Source: Candidatus Benthortus lauensis
GTDB lineage: Archaea > Thermoproteota > Nitrososphaeria_A > Caldarchaeales > Wolframiiraptoraceae
Reading direction: 5' to 3'
Length of the DNA stretch: 32,000 nucleotides
Assembly: GCA_021650775.1 (NCBI GenBank)
Contig: JAHSRM010000015.1
Location: forward strand, 1,397 to 33,396
Shown here piece after piece: positions 29,473-32,000 of this stretch. A program made the position numbers and the translations under genes. Each line of letters begins with the position of its first letter. Within the stretch, counting starts at the first letter, position 1. The notes beneath the pieces were generated by a model. The model was given only the letters and a program-made list of their open reading frames with translations. It had not been told where the DNA came from and ran no database searches.

Positions 29473-30744
29473 TTGGAGGGGAAAGTGGCGGAGCGGGTGG
29501 CGATAGTCCAGCGGGTCAACCCGGGGGAGAGGGACAACCTAGACGAGCTTAGGGAGCTCTGTAAGACGGCGGGATACGAGGTAGTCTATCAGCTTAAGCA
29601 GGTCAGGCACCCCCACCCAAAATACAACATTGGCCCAGGCAAGCTTGGAGAACTCAAGGATGCGGTGAAGAGGCTCGGGATATCCAAGGTGATATTCGAG
29701 AACGAGGTTAAGCCTGTCCAGGAGTATAATCTGGCGAAGGCCCTCAAGGTCCCCGTGATGACCAGGACCCAGCTAATCCTCGAGATATTCAGCATGCACG
29801 CCCATAGCAGGGAGGCGAAGCTTCAGATAAAGTTGGCCGAGCTTAGATACGAGTTGTCGAGGGCGAAGGAGAAGGTTAGGCTCGCCAAGATGGGTGAGCA
29901 GCCCGGGTTCCATGGACTCGGAGCCTATGAGGCCGACGTCTACTATGACGAGGTTCATAGGCGTGTCGTCTCGATTAACAGGAAGCTGGAGGACATTAAG
30001 AGGCATATGGATTTGGTGAGGCTTGAGAGGAGGAGGTTCGGAATCCCCCTAATCTCGCTTGCCGGATACACCAACGCCGGCAAATCAACGCTCTTCAATA
30101 CCCTAACCCGTGAGGAGGTGGAGGTTGATGACCAGCTCTTCACAACCCTCACACCCACCACCAGGATAACCAGGTTCGATGGAAAACCCGTATTCCTCTC
30201 GGACACGGTTGGATTCATAAAGAATCTCCCAACCCTCCTGGTCGAGGCATTCTACGCAACCTTGAGGGAGATAGCTCTCTCAAACCTGATACTCCTGGTC
30301 GCAGACTTCTCCGAGCCTTTGGAGCAGGTGAGGGAGAAGATTGAGACCTCGCTCGACACCCTAAGCAGCATAGGCGCCCAGGATGTCCCAACACTCATAG
30401 TCCTCAACAAGATTGATAGGCTTAATGGTGTGGACCTTGGGGAGAGGGTCTCGGAGCTCGGGCTAAGGTATCCGTATGTCATGATTTCCGCTAAGTATGG
30501 TTGGGGCTTGGGGGAGCTTGAGGTCAAGGCCTCGGAGATGATGGGGGGCTTCATCAAGGTGGAGGCCACCCTGCCCTACGGCGAGCAGACGCTAAAGCTT
30601 CTGAACGAGCTCTATGGGAGGGCGAAGGTAATCAGCGTAAGGTATGATGAGGACCATGTAAGGGTGGATGCCGAGACCCCGCCCCACCTGGCCGAGAAGC
30701 TTCGGAGACTCTCGACAGACGGAGGATTCAAGGTTGTCGGATGA
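29473..30744 (+). CDS. hflX: GTPase HflX
   Basis: 423 aa with the HflX N-terminal domain (LDELRELCKTAGYEVV...QLILEIF), a coiled linker, G1 GYTNAGKSTLFN, G3 DTVGF and G4 LNKID. The start is the TTG at 29473 or the GTG at 29485. Confidence 0.9.
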   Translation: MEGKVAERVAIVQRVNPGERDNLDELRELCKTAGYEVVYQLKQVRHPHPKYNIGPGKLGELKDAVKRLGISKVIFENEVKPVQEYNLAKALKVPVMTRTQLILEIFSMHAHSREAKLQIKLAELRYELSRAKEKVRLAKMGEQPGFHGLGAYEADVYYDEVHRRVVSINRKLEDIKRHMDLVRLERRRFGIPLISLAGYTNAGKSTLFNTLTREEVEVDDQLFTTLTPTTRITRFDGKPVFLSDTVGFIKNLPTLLVEAFYATLREIALSNLILLVADFSEPLEQVREKIETSLDTLSSIGAQDVPTLIVLNKIDRLNGVDLGERVSELGLRYPYVMISAKYGWGLGELEVKASEMMGGFIKVEATLPYGEQTLKLLNELYGRAKVISVRYDEDHVRVDAETPPHLAEKLRRLSTDGGFKVVG

Positions 30745-31234
30745 CCTGAGATACGTGAGGAAGATAGCGGACTACCAGTTCGGCGTAGGAGTGGGCAGAC
30801 TCCTCTTCCCAGACGGAAGCACCATCGAGTTATCCAAGGGAACCGGGAGGCCTAGGAGGGTGTATCTGGACGGGGTTCTCCTGGCCACGGTTAGACCCGA
30901 CGGCCTACTAGCCCTGACGATACATGGGGCCGAGAGGCTTCTCAAGGCTGTTGGGGGGAGGAGGTTCAGGGTCTACGCCGATGAGAGGGCTGTGGAGCTG
31001 GTCCTTGATGGACGGGACCTCATGTGCGGATACGTGGCCGACGCCGACGAAGACCTCCTACCCGGGGACGAGGCCCTGGTGGTTGATAGGAGTGGTAGGC
31101 TGCTGGCCGTGGGGAGGGCGGCTGTCTCTGGGCGGACCATGAAGAGCCTCTCGGAGGGCGTGGCCGTAAGGATTAGAGGCACAAAGACTAAATCCGAAGA
31201 GATGCCGTCAAAGGATGGTGGAGAAAGGGGTTGA
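30734..31234 (+). CDS. PUA-domain RNA-binding protein (pre-PUA/ArcTGT-C2-like domain plus PUA)
   Basis: The family signature VRKIADYQFG sits at the N-terminus and a C-terminal PUA-like region follows (LLPGDEALVVDRSGRLLAVGRA). I place the start at the TTG at 30734 (MSDDLRYVRK...), overlapping the hflX stop by 11 nt. The track ORF begins at 30668, inside hflX. Confidence 0.72.
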   Translation: MSDDLRYVRKIADYQFGVGVGRLLFPDGSTIELSKGTGRPRRVYLDGVLLATVRPDGLLALTIHGAERLLKAVGGRRFRVYADERAVELVLDGRDLMCGYVADADEDLLPGDEALVVDRSGRLLAVGRAAVSGRTMKSLSEGVAVRIRGTKTKSEEMPSKDGGERG

Positions 31235-31608
31235 GGAAGCTATCACCGAGGCAGCTTAGGAGGATGCAGTCAAGGCTCCTGGGAAGCCTGGGCCTCGACC
31301 TGAAGGAGCTTGGGCAGGCCGAGGAGGTCGTGGTCAGGTTCGGGGACAGGGAGCTGGTCATAAGCGGCCCAAACATAGTGGAGATGAGCATAGAGGGTGA
31401 GAGGATACTACAGGTCATAGGAGGGGAGGTTGAGGAACGGGTTCCCGGTGAGGCGGGGGAGGAGGAGGCATACGAGCCATCCCAAGACGATATACTCCTA
31501 GTGGCCTCGCAGGCAGGGGTGAGTGAGGAGGAGGCGGCGCAAGCCCTAAGGGACACGGGCGGAGACCTCGCCAAGGCAATAATGCTGCTGAAGTCCCGGA
31601 GGAAGTAG
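31231..31608 (+). CDS. nac: Nascent polypeptide-associated complex protein (archaeal NAC: NAC domain plus UBA domain)
   Basis: 125 aa with a NAC domain (LKELGQAEEVVVRFGDRELVISGPNIVEMSIEGERILQVIG) and a C-terminal UBA domain (DDILLVASQAGVSEEEAAQALRDTGGDLAKAIMLL). The TTG start overlaps the PUA-gene stop (TTGA). Confidence 0.85.
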   Translation: MRKLSPRQLRRMQSRLLGSLGLDLKELGQAEEVVVRFGDRELVISGPNIVEMSIEGERILQVIGGEVEERVPGEAGEEEAYEPSQDDILLVASQAGVSEEEAAQALRDTGGDLAKAIMLLKSRRK

Positions 31609-31610
31609 CC

Positions 31611-31994
31611 TTACTGGAAGGCCATGGAGAGCGGCGGCACCTCTCCTTGAGACAGCTTCTCCATGGTCTCCGAGACCTTAACAAGGGTCCTAGCCCTCCT
31701 GCTCTTGGAGAAGAGCATGAAGTATCCGCCTCCAAACCTACCGGCAAGCTCTATCTCGAGTGAGAGCCTGTCCTCCAGGCTCTTGAACCTCTCCCATGTT
31801 GGCACGGGTGTCCAGCTATACTCGTCCCTCTCAACTCCCGTGAACCTGGAGACCTCCTTGCCGCCGAACCTGTAGGTGTCGGCCTTAACCATCCTCCTCG
31901 CAGCACTCCTCGGAGCCTTGGCCACAAGGGATATGGACTCCCCGCCCGAGCCCCTCCTCACGCCCTGGGAGGCGGCCTCGATTACCTCAATCAT
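31611..31994 (-). CDS. Hypothetical protein (possibly 5'-truncated by the window edge)
   Basis: A 127-aa ORF convergent with nac, with a 2-nt gap. The reading frame is still open at position 32000. Codon composition resembles the neighbouring genes, and I recognise no motif. Confidence 0.4.
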   Translation of the reverse strand: MIEVIEAASQGVRRGSGGESISLVAKAPRSAARRMVKADTYRFGGKEVSRFTGVERDEYSWTPVPTWERFKSLEDRLSLEIELAGRFGGGYFMLFSKSRRARTLVKVSETMEKLSQGEVPPLSMAFQ

Positions 31995-32000
31995 GGTGGA

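Noticed and set aside
30668-30733. Upstream part of the track ORF for the PUA protein
   Set aside because: It lies inside the hflX coding region in another frame. The family N-terminus (xxLRYVRKIADYQFG) matches a start at the TTG at 30734.

Overview
This is a densely packed chromosomal segment from a thermophilic archaeon. The gene content, a very GC-rich 16S rRNA and many apparently leaderless promoters suggest a TACK/Thermoproteota-like organism, but the exact taxon cannot be assigned without a database search. Most genes are housekeeping: thioredoxin (partial), PheRS-beta, TyrRS, class II ribonucleotide reductase, TopoVI-A, ArgRS, CDC48, Hsp20, DRG-like and HflX GTPases, MBF1, NAC, a PUA protein, a THUMP RNA methyltransferase, a BtpA-family protein, a PQQ-type sugar dehydrogenase and scattered complex-I/Mrp membrane subunits. 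One 16S rRNA gene lies on the minus strand (18311..19804). It carries its own canonical bulge-helix-bulge processing stem and is not followed by a 23S gene, because protein genes abut both sides. A block of about 7.3 kb with visibly lower GC (about 10.6-17.9 kb) holds a five-gene LIV-type ABC transporter, convergent with a two-gene operon encoding an aminotransferase and a glycerol-1-phosphate-dehydrogenase-like protein. I found no CRISPR array, tRNA, IS element, integrase, toxin-antitoxin pair or recognisable defence gene, and I cannot honestly point to a clear-cut new multi-gene system. The best leads are: (1) the orphan 16S with its BHB stem, overlapped by a convergent SWIM-finger ORF; (2) an unexplained 349-bp tyrS/RNR spacer containing a perfect 14-bp-stem, 72-nt three-way hairpin and a G4-type tract; (3) top6A without top6B but followed by an SbcD/Mre11-related phosphoesterase; (4) the low-GC transporter plus aminotransferase/G1PDH-like island; and (5) a heat-shock and ribosome-associated gene cluster (hsp20-cdc48, then mbf1-hflX-PUA-nac). 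All functional calls rest on motif recognition by eye from the supplied translations. No searches were run.
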